In this document: piece by piece, positions 63,958 to 64,000 of the stretch
How the letters are laid out: the number at the start of each line of letters is the position of its first letter
How positions within the stretch are numbered: position 1 is the stretch's first letter
Source of the DNA: Tubiluchus corallicola
Taxonomy: Eukaryota > Animalia > Priapulida
Assembly (NCBI GenBank): GCA_030141605.1
Contig: JAQGDQ010000226.1
Span: forward strand, 124,001 to 188,000
DNA: 64,000 nucleotides
Reading direction: 5' to 3'
Translations under genes and position numbers: made by a program
Notes under the pieces: generated by a model
What the model saw: only the letters and a program-made list of their open reading frames with translations
Told to the model about the DNA's origin: nothing
Databases searched by the model: none

Positions 63958-64000
63958 TTACAGAATACGTGAAACATGGAAGTTTGCTGAAGTTTCTTCG
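63958..64000 (+). CDS. Src-family tyrosine kinase, hinge exon (runs off the window)
   Basis: tttaaag|TT ACA GAA TAC..; encodes (I)TEYVKHGSLLKFL(R), in phase with the previous exon. Confidence 0.9.

Overview
This is AT-rich, repeat-dense genomic DNA from an invertebrate animal; there is no operon, CRISPR array, rRNA or tRNA. Three host genes are recognisable. (1) The first two coding exons of a GRK2/beta-adrenergic receptor kinase orthologue lie on the minus strand (17675-17787 and 6374-6450; the gene runs off the left end). (2) An intronless heparan sulfate 3-O-sulfotransferase-like gene (41144-42241, +) has several residues substituted that are essential in mouse 3-OST-1. (3) A Src-family SH3-SH2-kinase gene (+, 51147 to beyond 64000) appears to lack the exon for the N-terminal half of SH2. 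The rest is transposon debris: two decayed BEL/Pao LTR elements, two related 1.4-1.5 kb solo LTRs, LINE fragments, and hAT, Tc1/pogo, Kolobok-type and MULE-like MITEs. Nine unrelated minisatellite arrays cover about 14% of the window. The most interesting signals are an inverted Penelope-like repeat carrying a minimal hammerhead ribozyme motif on each strand (23315-23680), minisatellites whose units look cut out of LINE ORF2 remnants, the missing SH2 exon, and the divergent sulfotransferase active site. Family assignments come from motif recognition by eye, not database searches.
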